64,000 nucleotides of DNA. It comes from Neodothiora populina. Lineage: Eukaryota. Under the pieces are notes generated by a model. It saw nothing but the letters and a program-made list of their open reading frames with translations. It ran no database searches and was not told the DNA's origin. Position numbers and translations under genes: made by a program. Shown here one piece after another: positions 1 to 11,113 of the stretch (positions are counted from its first letter, which is position 1; the number at the start of each line of letters is the position of its first letter). The stretch lies in NCBI RefSeq assembly GCF_041146345.1, contig NW_027191415.1, positions 372,001 through 436,000 on the forward strand, read 5' to 3'.

Positions 1-81
1 AAAACGGACTCACACCGACAGAGCATCACAGCATTGTGCACGCTGCTCGAAACCTTAATGGTGGAGATGGGGGCTATGGCC

Positions 82-594
82 TCAGTGGTCATTATTGGGC
101 CAACTTGACCGTCTCCTCAGCAAGCCCGGTCTAGAGATCTGAGCCACCCGCTCCGCGAAGCCTCGATGTAGTTGGCCGTGGCTGTTCTCTAGAAACTTCT
201 TGACGAAGCCTGCGAAAGTGCGATTGCAGATGGCGTCGCTCGTTATGCGCACCAATCGTTTATCTGGCGCAAGTACAACCAATCGCCAATGGTTGACTGA
301 GGTAAAGCCCCCGGGCGCTTTGACAGTAATGTCGCATCCGTCTTCGACTATCTTGTAGGTCGCCGTGTAAGAGACACCACCATTCCAGAGCTTCTTTGGG
401 ATGAAAGCCAAGTAGTCTTCCACCCTGTACTCCCAGGTGTCCTGTCCATGTTGGGCCACCAACACATATCCTTTGCAGTCCGGATTGAGCTTGACTATCA
501 GGTCGAAGTCATGCATCAACTTGATGATCAGATCAGAGGGAGTGGACGTGTCAATGGTGGACTCGGAAACATGGGAAAAGGACGTTTCGAACAT
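82..594 (-). CDS. Hypothetical fungal protein, 170 aa (resembles small uncharacterised fungal START/SRPBCC-like proteins)
   Basis: ATG-initiated ORF with globular composition. The 'LMHDFDLIVKLNP' and 'APGGFTSVNHWRL' pattern recalls a widespread fungal DUF family. Not searched. Confidence 0.6.
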   Translation of the reverse strand: MFETSFSHVSESTIDTSTPSDLIIKLMHDFDLIVKLNPDCKGYVLVAQHGQDTWEYRVEDYLAFIPKKLWNGGVSYTATYKIVEDGCDITVKAPGGFTSVNHWRLVVLAPDKRLVRITSDAICNRTFAGFVKKFLENSHGQLHRGFAERVAQISRPGLLRRRSSWPNNDH

Positions 595-1813
595 GGTACT
601 TGCAGCTTGACTGTTGGACCAGATATGAACACAGCTGCGCGTTCTTACAGTAGTAACTCCGGCTGTTTTCTTGCGAGGTCACGGATCACGATGAAGATTG
701 GACAAATGGGTGCTCGGTTACAATAAAATCAATTGCAGTTGGTATGTAGACGAATACAGATGAACCTCTACTGTTCGGCATTCCAACGTAAGCTATTGCA
801 GCAACAATAATTACGTCATGTATGAGCATAGGACAGCGGGCAAAGTTCGCCTCGGTGAAGAACGGTCTCAGGAACCTTGAGGAAGTTAAAATTCACTACA
901 CACCAGCTGTGCAGCCAGGAGATTGGTGAAGAGTCGTGTAGCACGTGTATCGCAGCACAAGCACAAGCACAGCACTCCGGAAGTGGCGGAAGGTGGACCA
1001 TGCGAGCGCATACGAATAGGTCTCATCTCGGGCGCAAGGTTTTGGTCGCTGTGGTACTTTCAATATCATACAGTACTGGTTATTTCACTGCCCAAGCGAT
1101 AGAAAGGTAGCTTTGGAGGTAATAATTCCGACGTGCACTGTGAGAGAAGGTGGTGGCGCGGTTTGAGACATCAAGCGAATGCCAAGGATAGCAAAAATCC
1201 GATCAAGCGTCTCCAGAAACGGTAAGGCTGAGTCGCAATCAAAGATTCGCCGATTCTTCCATTTGAGCGAGACACGGGACGGTCAATGAAGATGTGCCCG
1301 GACTATTCTTGTATCCGGATCACAATTGGTGCTTTGGCTGACAACGGACTGGTCGAACAGGGACAACCGAGTCGCCTCATCCTGCGACATTTGCGGGATA
1401 CACGTAGCTTAGTCCGATAGCGGTTAATTCATGTCGTCTTTGTTCTTCTTCTTATCCCAGCCCGGGCCGTCGGACGCCTGTTGCTGCCGGAGATACTTTT
1501 TCGGCTGGGGAAGACTAGTATCTCCGTGCCTCACGTGTCGGTGTCTCTGTGGCACATGCATGCTGTGATGGAGCATTTCACATCCCTGCACTTCTTAAAT
1601 TGCTAGATCGATGCTCGTGCTATACAAGTACTAAGAGATAAGCCGATAGTCTTGGTGCATGACGTAGAGAGTGGCTAGCAGATTTCGATACTTGTAGCGT
1701 TCCTGAGTGAGGAACTGTATTGTACGTTACAGTTATTTCGGCTATCTGACGCGTTGCAGCCATTTGCTGCCAGACGCGTGCAGTGACGCGGAAGGAGCTT
1801 CTGACAATTCATA

Positions 1814-3562
1814 ATGGCAGACACTGTAGATGCAGAGGAAGAAGCTCTACAGCAATTACTAGGGACGACGTCTTTTGGGAAGCAGACCAAGGCAGCCAAG
1901 GCAGGAGATCGCTTCGAGCAAAGCAAGAGGAAGGTGTCAGGACAGCAAGAGGAAGGAACGAAGAATCGACATGGCGACAGTGATGAGGAGGAAAGGAACG
2001 ACGATGGCGGCGATGATGACAATGACAGTGATGAAGACGACGACGATGAAGATGAATTTCCCGTGTCGCACGAGTTGCTCATCAAAACACATGATAGAGC
2101 AGTCACGACAGTCACAATAGATCCATCTGGGTCACGATTAATTACAGGATCCAATGATTGTACCCTCAAACTCCACGACTTTGCATCCATGACACCGACA
2201 ACAGTCCGCGCCTTCAAGTCGGTCGATCCTTCATCAGCAAAAGGTGCTGCAAACTCAGAGACACACCCTGTTCATGAGGTTTTGTTCAATCCAATATCAC
2301 CCAGCCGCGTCTTGGTGGTCACAGGGCTACCGCAAGCAAGAGTGCTGGATCGCGATGGAGACACAATCTGCCAATTTGTCAAGGGAGACATGTATCTGCG
2401 AGATATGCACAACACCAAAGGCCACATCTCCGAGGTCACTTGTGGTGCGTGGCATCCGACAAATCCTGACATATGTGCTACTGCCGGCACAGACAGCACA
2501 GTGCGCATATGGGACATCAACAATCCACGTGCGCAGAAGGAGGTCATTGTCCACAAGTCTCGGGCTGCTGGATCGGCTGGACGGACACGCATTACTGCCA
2601 TAGCTTGGGCCGCTCCGGCGCAAGGTGGAAACCCGATCCTCGTCGCCGCTGCCTACGACGGCAGTATTGTCATGTGGGAAGGCGACGGTCCATATCACCG
2701 TCCCACTGCTGAGATCCGTGATGCACACGCCAAGGATACTTGGACTGGTGGTATAGACATCAGTCCGGATGGCCGTCTTGTTGTCACACGTGGTGGAGAC
2801 GACACCATCAAGCTTTGGGACACACGTAAATTCAAGCATCCCATCACCACGGTCTCTCATTCTTCGACATCCTCTCAATATCAAACCAGCAATATCCGCT
2901 TCTCGCCTACGGGCGCTTATATCATAACAGGCTCGCAGACCGGCCATCTACACATCTTGAATCCGGCGACATTGCGACCAGAGCTCGTCACTCCAGTTAC
3001 TCCAGGCTCCCCGCTAATCACAGTGCTATGGCACGCGAAACTCAATCAGATAATCACAGGCTCCGCAAACGCTGAGACTCATGTGCTTTACAATCCAGAT
3101 ATCTCCAACGGAGGTGGCAAGGCAGTCATGCTCAAAGCTCCGAAGCGCCGTCACATTGACGACGATCCTAACCTCACCATGGACCTCGCTCACGGCATAT
3201 CTGGCGATTCTGTCATCCTACCTGGTGGCTCTGCCCCGTCTGCTGCCTCCTTTGCTGCCAGACATCCAACCGTGGGTCTGACCGCATCAGGCAAGTCGCG
3301 CGATCCGAGAAGACCGCATATCCCAGCCACTACGCCTTTCGCAAAGACGAATCCAGATGCCGGCTTCGTCAAGGACTCTATACCGCTGAGTAGCATGCGT
3401 GATGAGGATCCTAGAGAGGCATTGCTACGTTACGAAGAGAAGGCGAAAACTGACCCTCTTTTCACTAATGCTTGGGCGACTACGCAACCAAAGACTATCT
3501 ATCGAGATGTATCGGACGACGAGGAAGAGGATGGTCCTGACAAGAAGAAGACCAGGCGTTAA
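1814..3562 (+). CDS. WDR70: WD40-repeat protein, WDR70/GAD-1 family
   Basis: 582 aa intronless ORF with good Kozak (CATAATGG), acidic N-terminal tract, WD repeats (TVRIWD, TIKLWD), the family signature KGDMYLRDMHNTKGH and C-terminal EDPREALLRY. Confidence 0.9.
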   Translation: MADTVDAEEEALQQLLGTTSFGKQTKAAKAGDRFEQSKRKVSGQQEEGTKNRHGDSDEEERNDDGGDDDNDSDEDDDDEDEFPVSHELLIKTHDRAVTTVTIDPSGSRLITGSNDCTLKLHDFASMTPTTVRAFKSVDPSSAKGAANSETHPVHEVLFNPISPSRVLVVTGLPQARVLDRDGDTICQFVKGDMYLRDMHNTKGHISEVTCGAWHPTNPDICATAGTDSTVRIWDINNPRAQKEVIVHKSRAAGSAGRTRITAIAWAAPAQGGNPILVAAAYDGSIVMWEGDGPYHRPTAEIRDAHAKDTWTGGIDISPDGRLVVTRGGDDTIKLWDTRKFKHPITTVSHSSTSSQYQTSNIRFSPTGAYIITGSQTGHLHILNPATLRPELVTPVTPGSPLITVLWHAKLNQIITGSANAETHVLYNPDISNGGGKAVMLKAPKRRHIDDDPNLTMDLAHGISGDSVILPGGSAPSAASFAARHPTVGLTASGKSRDPRRPHIPATTPFAKTNPDAGFVKDSIPLSSMRDEDPREALLRYEEKAKTDPLFTNAWATTQPKTIYRDVSDDEEEDGPDKKKTRR

Positions 3563-4065
3563 GCATTGCTTGCGAGGGAGAAACAAAAGTCAGACAAAAG
3601 CGATTTCATACCCATGAGTATAAATACCCATCCTCATACAGAGTCGTTCTATGCATCGACTGAGCCTCACATTTGTCTTCCTGATATCTTAGGTAAGACG
3701 GTGGGTCAAAATGGTAGCAAGAATGGGGGTGTGATACAGTAGGCCCGCAGTAGGAAGCTATGACGCCCGAAGCCCCACTTCCCCCTCCGTCATGATAAAC
3801 AATCCTTATCCCACATGATTGTTATGTTGTAGCATCTCCAATTGCCCTTCGACAGCAGAAACAGAATTTATCAAGTCTCGAGTAAAGGCTATAGACCAGC
3901 GAGAAATTGAAACACCTCACGGGTCACGATTCCGACAAACATATAGTCTCCGATACTTTGGGAGCAACGACCTTATACTTGCGACTCTTATAGCAGTCAG
4001 CAAACAGATATCCAAAGAAAGGTTACATACCAAAAGCACAAGAACCCCTCCACAACTCCAATACC

Positions 4066-4920
4066 ATGGCACAAAGGTTTCAAGGCAAAGTCATTTTCGT
4101 GACTGGTGCCGCATCAGGAATCGGCCGCGCAACAAGCATCAAGCTCGCTCTCCAAGGCGCCACTCTGTACCTGACCGACATCAACGCCTCCGCCCTGACC
4201 GAGACACTGTCCCAATGCTCCTCGGCTCACAGCTCATTATCCCACCAAACGCATGTGCTCGACGTGGGCGACTCATCCGCCTGCACAGAGGCCATAGAGG
4301 CGTGCGTCGCGCAACTCGGCCGTATCGACCATGTCTTCAATTGCGCAGGCATTAACCCTACCCCATATGCTCTCGAGGATACGACCGATGCGTACTACGA
4401 TCGGTTGTTCAACGTCAATGTGAGGGGCATGTATGCTGTCACGCGCGCTGCTATTCCTCATCTTGAGCGGAGTGCTTCGGAGAGCAAGGATAGATGGGGG
4501 AAGCCCAGTTTTGTCAACGTGAGCAGTATCAGTGGTATCAGGCCGACTGCTAGTGTTGCCATTTACTGCGCTACCAAGACTGCTATCATTGGGTTCAGCA
4601 AGTCTATGGCGTTGGAGTTGGGCAAGAAGGGTGTCAGGGTGAATATCCTTGCCCCAGGATTCATTGATACGCCCACTAATGCGAGGTGAGCACCCTGCTG
4701 ATTTTCGGTGGTTTCTTCAGTGCAGCTCTTTCAAAATACTGACTGGTTCTTTAGTGTCGTAGCTGGCGAAGAGAGTATCAAGCGAATCGAAGCAAAGGTC
4801 TCGCTTGGCCGCATGGGCACACCCGATGAATGCGCGGATGTGGTAGCATTCTTGATGAGTGATGAAGCCAGGTATATGAATGGCAGCGTCGTCGAGGCCA
4901 ATGGTGGTATGGCTCCCTGA
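4066..4920 (+). CDS. Classical short-chain dehydrogenase/reductase (2 exons; intron 4686-4754)
   Basis: TGAASGIG Rossmann motif, NCAG, YCATK catalytic motif, VRVNILAPG. The GTGAG..TACTGAC..TAG intron joins TPTNA-S-VVAGE in frame with C-terminal GRMGTPDE..YMNG. Confidence 0.92.
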
Positions 4921-5151
4921 TACATGAACGCTTGGTCATGCAGAGATTACGGCCAATCTGCTCGATCTTTCGGGCAGACGACCATCCGCAATTACGGACC
5001 AGAGCTGCAAAGGCAGGCTCGGATGTCCTGTCTTTCTCGCTTTCGGGAACGACAAAGTGAATGCCCTGCAGCGCTCATATATGTTCATAGTTCACATCTG
5101 GTATGCAAACATGAATGCTATTGAGATATTTGAGTTGTCAATGTGCTCCTC

Positions 5152-6578
5152 TTACAACAGAACAAAGGGCTCCAGAATCTTATTCTTCACCAAAACTCGA
5201 AAATCCAGCCTGGGCTCCCCGTTCCTCTGTCGCTCAATCACATACCTCAAGCAGGCCGAAGCGCGAGCGAAATTTGTGCCCAGCTCAGCGAGCGAAGCAT
5301 ATCGATCAAGGATCCATTCCTGATGTAGCGGTGCTCGCGTTTCCAGGCCTGCAACCAGTAGAGGCCACGCGATGCGCATGAGTGCGGCAACATCGTCGCT
5401 CTCGTGTAGCTTCAGTGCTATGACAATGATGCCATCGAGCGCGTTTCTCGCGAGGTTACTAGGCAGGGGATCTCGATCTGGGTAGGCGGTACAGTGGAAA
5501 TCGAGTATTGCGGCGTTGAAATGGGCAACAGCGCATCGCACCCAAGCTATCAGGCGCACGTTTGCGCCTTCGGACGTCTCGCGCATTGCAAAGTGTATTA
5601 ATTGCATGTGCTTCTTTTTGGCCGTGGCAATGCGTTAGTATTAGCATGAGTTTCGTTTTTCCGGCGTTGTATCTCATATAGGAGTGCAGTGCTATGTAGG
5701 TAACTTACCGTCACGTACTCTAGAAAAGCGCAGTATAGTCTGTCAATTTCGAGATCACAAGCCAATCCACTTTCTATATCATGCCTGAGTACGGTGATTT
5801 CGTATCGCTTGTAAGTTGCCCACGCATGTAATGACTGAGCACGGCCGGTCTCGAGATCGTCTTGTGTTTCCTCGAGAGGATATACTCCAGGTCCCCATAG
5901 TTCATACGCGGCATATTGTGACCGCTCGAAAAATTCAGTATAGGTGCCTAGGTATCGCGGATCTGACCATGGCCGCTTGAGCAGGTCGCCCTGCAAGTCA
6001 AACGTACGTGCAGCAATGTCCAGCTTAATCATTTCGAAGGCTAGCCGGTTCAAGACGCCGCTGTATCTGCTCTCGGGCCAGTCCTCCGATCTCGACGGCA
6101 GTATATGCGGCACAAGTCTTCGATCAAACTCACGCAGACAATACTGGAAATTGGCCGTATCCTGGGTGACTTTTCTTGCATCGTTGCCGAATCTGATATG
6201 ATACAATGTTACGAGATATATGAAAGTGAGATAGATCTCGGGTGAGAATCTCGAGAGCCCAGTTGCACCGTCCTCGGCCGATGGGGTTCCAGCTGCCATA
6301 CCATAGGCATCCTGAAGATATTTCTTGTAGACAGCAGGTTTCTTGGCTTTGAAGCCTGGTGTTGCTATGCTAGGTGCTTCGGATCCGAGACCATTCATCA
6401 CACGATGTAGACACTCATTCGATCGACAAATCTTGCGTAGACCCCATATGAACGACCAATTCGTTGGCTTGGGCTCGATGCCTGTACTCAGATCCACGAG
6501 GAGTTTATCCTGCCAGTCGTTGAATCGTGGCCCAGATTCTGTGCTAGCCGCGTAGTCATCATTCGCAAGCCAGTCCAT
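5152..6578 (-). CDS. Fungal-specific transcription-factor-domain-like protein without a visible Zn cluster (intron about 5708-5614)
   Basis: Two ORFs joined in phase 0 by a GTAAGT..CTAAC..AAG intron. C-terminal 'RIAWPLLVAGLET..HQEWILDR' is typical of fungal TF C-terminal domains. An upstream exon cannot be excluded. Confidence 0.6.
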
Positions 6579-7130
6579 TGCTTTTCTATTTGTCGAGTTT
6601 TTGTGGTTTGTTCTACCGATATAGCTGGTGTGCGCAATGGCATAGTGGTGCCATGGCCGCTATATTCACAATTACTGAAATAGTATTGACGCTGAAACAG
6701 AACGCAGTAAACACAAAACATATGTTATGCGCACTGACTCGGCCCGATATCATTATCCGTTCATCCCCATCCAGCCGATCGATATGCCTCTATAGCAAGT
6801 TAAGATAACTGGTTATATGGACTTGACAATAAATGTTGCTGAATGTTTGCGCGTAGTGTAACTACAAATTACAGCGAAGAGAAGTATTCGAGCCATCACC
6901 GATTCGGCTCTTTTATGATGCATATACCCTTAACTAAACATGGGTGCAACCATTGTCCCGGGCAGCTTTAATAATTTCTCTAATGATCTTTTGTAAGCAA
7001 GTAAGGTCCATAGTAGGTCGTCATTGCTACACTGATTTGCTATATACGGTATCCAATGTATGCAAAATCGTAAAACAATCACTTGCAAGGCAAGGTTGCA
7101 AGCCGCTTGACATGAGGGCGCAAAATTGAA

Positions 7131-7229
7131 AGCCGAACGCCGGGATCGAACCGGCGATCTTCCCATGTCGCGACATTCGAATATCAGATGTTATACGAGT
7201 GGGATGCCTTACCGCTTGGCCAGTCCGGC
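7131..7229 (-). tRNA. tRNA-Thr(CGT) with 27-nt intron
   Basis: Minus strand reads GCCGGAC-TGGCCAAGCGGTAAGGC-A-TCCCA-CT CGT A[intron]A-TGGGA-AGATC-GCCGG TTCGATC CCGGC-GTTCGGC-T. All stems pair, mature length is 72 nt, and a T-tract follows. Confidence 0.93.
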
Positions 7230-7854
7230 TTCGATGAACTGTGGCGAACTTTTTTGATACATATTCCCGTATCAATCAAGCAGCATCTGATACCAGAGAC
7301 AATAAACACATGTTGTTTTTCTAAATGGGATCCCATTCAAGTCATCTATAGCCTATGTACTTCATCTTTGCCTGTATTGTCACTTGCTACTATCTGACCA
7401 ATCACTTAGTTACGCTTGCCTCGTGAATGTTTTGTTTCATGGTTGGTCACGTAGGCAAGCGTTGGTTCGTTTAGGTATGTCATTGCAAGCTCTATACTTT
7501 CCCACAGGACAACGAGGTAAACACCTGCTTGGGTCATTTTGCAGCACGATGGAGCAAAATGATGACTCCTGACTCTTTCAAGCAACAGACTAGACTTATT
7601 TTGACCTTTAAAAATGGATACATGCCGTCAGGCGGTCGTGAGCGAGTGTGATTCTGATCAAAGTCATCCGAAGAAACCATAGACAGGGTCCCCCTCCCGG
7701 TTGAGCCAGGTGACATGTATGCATTGCCCGATAACAGTCTATCGTAGGGGAACGTTTCTGGAAAATCGTATCATGGGAATGAGCATTGTTAAAGCTACCG
7801 AGGCACGGAAAACCAGCAAAAGTACCGTTTCGATCTTATGTGCCCTCGCATTAT

Positions 7855-9147
7855 CTATTCTACCTTTATTGCCAAATCAGCTGGACTGTGCTCGACCATG
7901 CCTGAGGACTTTTCTCCCTTGAGAATGACCCTCATCAGCTTTTCTAATTTAGAAACAGCATCGTCGCCGATCTGGTAATGTACGACCAGACGACCACCGC
8001 TTAGCCGCAGTCCGACCTTCTGACCCTCTGCTATGAAGTCCTCACGCGTAATCCCCGCGGCTTGAAGGTCCAGCCATACCATGTTGGTCTCGACTGGATT
8101 CGTCGTCTTACCACCCATGTCCTGCCACATCTGGGAGATTTTCCTCGCGGTGTCATGTGTGGCTTTCAGCTTACCACCAAGGAAATTATCCTCGACAGCG
8201 ATGCGTGCAGCAGCGGTGACCACACCTGCCTGTCTCAGACCACCACCAATACTCTTTCTGATCCATCTAGCTCTTTCACAGAACGCCTCGGTGCCAACAA
8301 TGACACTGCCAATTGGAGCACCAAGCCCTTTGCTGAAACACAAAGACATACTATCAAAGCAGGCGGAGTATTCCTTCAGCGACCCGGCGCCAGATGCGAC
8401 AGCCTCCCAGAGTCGGGCACCGTCTAGATGCAACAGAACCCCGTTTTCCTTTGCCCACGCACTGATTTTCTGACACTCTTCGAGAGGCAATATCGTGCCG
8501 TCTAATGTATTTTCAAGGCTTATGACCTTCGTAGGGCAAGCATGGACGTCATTACTTAAGACAGCTCTCTTTTTGATATCTTCAAGGGTAAGGTAGGTAC
8601 CGTTGGCAGGTACGACGCCCATGATCATTGCTCCAGTCAAACTCGCTACTCCACCGGCCTCCCATTGTATTATGTGTGACCGATGATCGGTCAGAACACT
8701 ATGTGGTGGTGCAAGGAGCTGTGTCCTCAACGCTACTTGATTGCCCATAGTGCCTGAGAGCACGAAGAGAGCCGCCTCTCTTCCAGTCAGCTCGACCATG
8801 AAAGACTCGAGACTGTTGGTGGTCGGGTCCTCAACATAGACATCGTCCTGCAGCGTCGTAGCTGCAATTGCTTCCAGCATACGAGTGGTAGGACGCGTAA
8901 CGACGTCACTTCGAAGGTCAAAAGCTGCTGGTCCAGGACTTGACCACTGGTTCACCTTTACATCGCCATTGCCCAGTTCCTTGGCTGTCTTCTCGACGCC
9001 CTCTTGAGTGATTGCCGCCGCCATTCTCTGGTTGGGTGGTGTATAAAACCTTCTTGGAAGATGTTGTGAAGATCGACGACAAGAGATGATTACGTGTCTC
9101 GAAAGTGAACACCTAGCAAAGCTTGTGCCTGTGTGATAAAGGGACAT
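7855..9147 (-). CDS. GLY1: Low-specificity L-threonine aldolase (PLP-dependent)
   Basis: DLRSDVVT, SGTMGNQ, LHLDGARLW, SLCFSKGLGAPIGS (PLP Lys), RKSIGGGLRQAG. Confidence 0.93.
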   Translation of the reverse strand: MSLYHTGTSFARCSLSRHVIISCRRSSQHLPRRFYTPPNQRMAAAITQEGVEKTAKELGNGDVKVNQWSSPGPAAFDLRSDVVTRPTTRMLEAIAATTLQDDVYVEDPTTNSLESFMVELTGREAALFVLSGTMGNQVALRTQLLAPPHSVLTDHRSHIIQWEAGGVASLTGAMIMGVVPANGTYLTLEDIKKRAVLSNDVHACPTKVISLENTLDGTILPLEECQKISAWAKENGVLLHLDGARLWEAVASGAGSLKEYSACFDSMSLCFSKGLGAPIGSVIVGTEAFCERARWIRKSIGGGLRQAGVVTAAARIAVEDNFLGGKLKATHDTARKISQMWQDMGGKTTNPVETNMVWLDLQAAGITREDFIAEGQKVGLRLSGGRLVVHYQIGDDAVSKLEKLMRVILKGEKSSGMVEHSPADLAIKVE

Positions 9148-10325
9148 TGCCCAGTGGTAGATGATCTTCTATCTACATCGCAGGCGATATGGTCAGAGAA
9201 CAGTCAGGCCTGAATTTGGGGTCGTCTGAATGTGGAAGGTGGCATGAACATGAACGGGAACAACCGTGCAGACCTCCACGATCCCCCGCACTCAATGTGA
9301 GATGAGCTTTTGTGCTCCAATGCAATGATCATCTTCAATTTGTGACGAATACCTCACCTTACCATCGCAGGATTCTCGGATTGGACTCAAGCTAAGAGAT
9401 GCGACAAACATTCCGCTGTACCGCAACAGGTTCCATTCAGCAGCGTCGAACTGTCGCCGAAGCAAGGGATATAGTTTTACTTTGGTACCTGAGACCCTCC
9501 CATCAACCTACTGAAATGGTCGATCGTTCATATGCGCTATGCAATCCTGTGCCACTAAGACACGACACAAGAGCGCGAAAGTCATTTGTTCTATATGCTG
9601 ATGCTTTCTATTCGTGGGACGAGACTCGAAAAGTTATGTCCTAGAATGGCTATGATTGTTGCTGTCCATGCCTGTTCGGTATGACTTGGCGCGTTTCACT
9701 GACAGCCTACCAGCAGTCCTACTGCATGACATACCACGTTGCAATGCTAGCAAAAGCTCCCCGTTGTCCACATGATGCATCACTCTGATAATCCTGATCG
9801 CATACACGGCCTATCGCCTCCAGTCTAGTAGTATGCCCTCCCTGCCAAGAGCTAACGGCGGAGATCCTAGAACTGCATTGCAGTAAGCACGACGACCTAT
9901 ACTACACTGTCCGTCTTCACAATAAACTATGACACATCAGGTGTATGCATGGAAGTGTTGAGGTAAGTAGGTAGCCAAATAAACTCCTTTTCTGCCTGTG
10001 TGATGCTGCATACATGACGCAATCTAACATTCCTCGGAGAAGTTACCGTATGGCAGGTAAGGAAACGAAGGGTATCTCAAGGTATCAATAGCAGAATCTT
10101 CATATCTCCTGTTCGTGGCAACAGCAATGGTGCTCATTACGCTGGTGGCTCCTTCCTCGCATGGCTATATAATGTCCTTCTGCTCCCTGTCCTTTCTGCA
10201 CCTCAGACAATAAATTGATCAATTACCCACCTTACTATCCTAAGACAGCAAATATTTGCAAGCCCCAACAGCAATCTCAAGCATCACCAGCTCACCACAA
10301 ACTATCACACTACCTATAAGCAAAT

Positions 10326-10804
10326 ATGCGTTTCATCATTGGATCTGCCGCCCTTCTCGCCATGGGCAGTGGTGCTCTTGCAGCTGTTGCTGGCGTCAAG
10401 AACTTATGCAGCACAACCATCTATGTAACTGTCACCAACTCAAGCATGATGTCGATTCAGTACACCATTGCCTCCAACGGCACCTATAGTCAGCCTTTAG
10501 CTGGTATGGGCAACCAATTTGGCATCACGACAGACCCCAGCTACTACTCTACTCAATCGCCAAAATTTGTCTTTGGATTTAGTGACTCCACCAGTGCTAG
10601 TCTGACCTATTGGTCAATCACTTCGGTTGATGGCAGCCCTTTCGACACCTTCCTTGTTGCTACTTCGGAGCCGACTTGTACTAATGCTACCGCCTATGAT
10701 GGCCAAGTCCACACTTGCACCGACACCGTAAGGCATCCTTCAATGTTAAAAGGCCAACACTCACTGACAATACCTAGGCTGATATTGCTGTTGTTCTCTG
10801 CTAG
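10326..10804 (+). CDS. Small secreted protein, Bys1/thaumatin-like fold candidate (intron 10728-10777)
   Basis: Hydrophobic signal peptide, then VKNLC..IYV and YWSITSVDGSPF. Removing the GTAAGG..CTGAC..TAG intron gives C-terminal HTCTDT-ADIAVVLC*, for 4 Cys in total. TATA-like TATATAA near 10166. Confidence 0.7.
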
Positions 10805-11113
10805 AAGACTGATCCGGTAACTTCCAGCGTCCGGGCTGTCAGCATGCTCGGAAGATTTCTTCATTATGCAAGATCTGTAGCAATGTTCTTGGTTTCGGAA
10901 GGGGATGTTGCAGCTATGAGACACTCGGGTGTGTCTAGAAGCAAAACTATCAGGAGCGAGACAGATGGTAACAGTCCTCTGAATGAAGAAGACCATGAAA
11001 TGGCCATGCTTTGAAGAAAGCATGTTGTTTCCGAAGATTATTGATGAAAATGAGACGCCAGAAAATTGGCGTTTCAAGAAGAAAAGCAATGTATCATAAA
11101 AACCATCCTCTTA

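Noticed and set aside
7131..9147. tRNA-Thr next to threonine aldolase as a functional linkage
   Set aside because: No mechanism or supporting sequence signal. Most likely coincidence.
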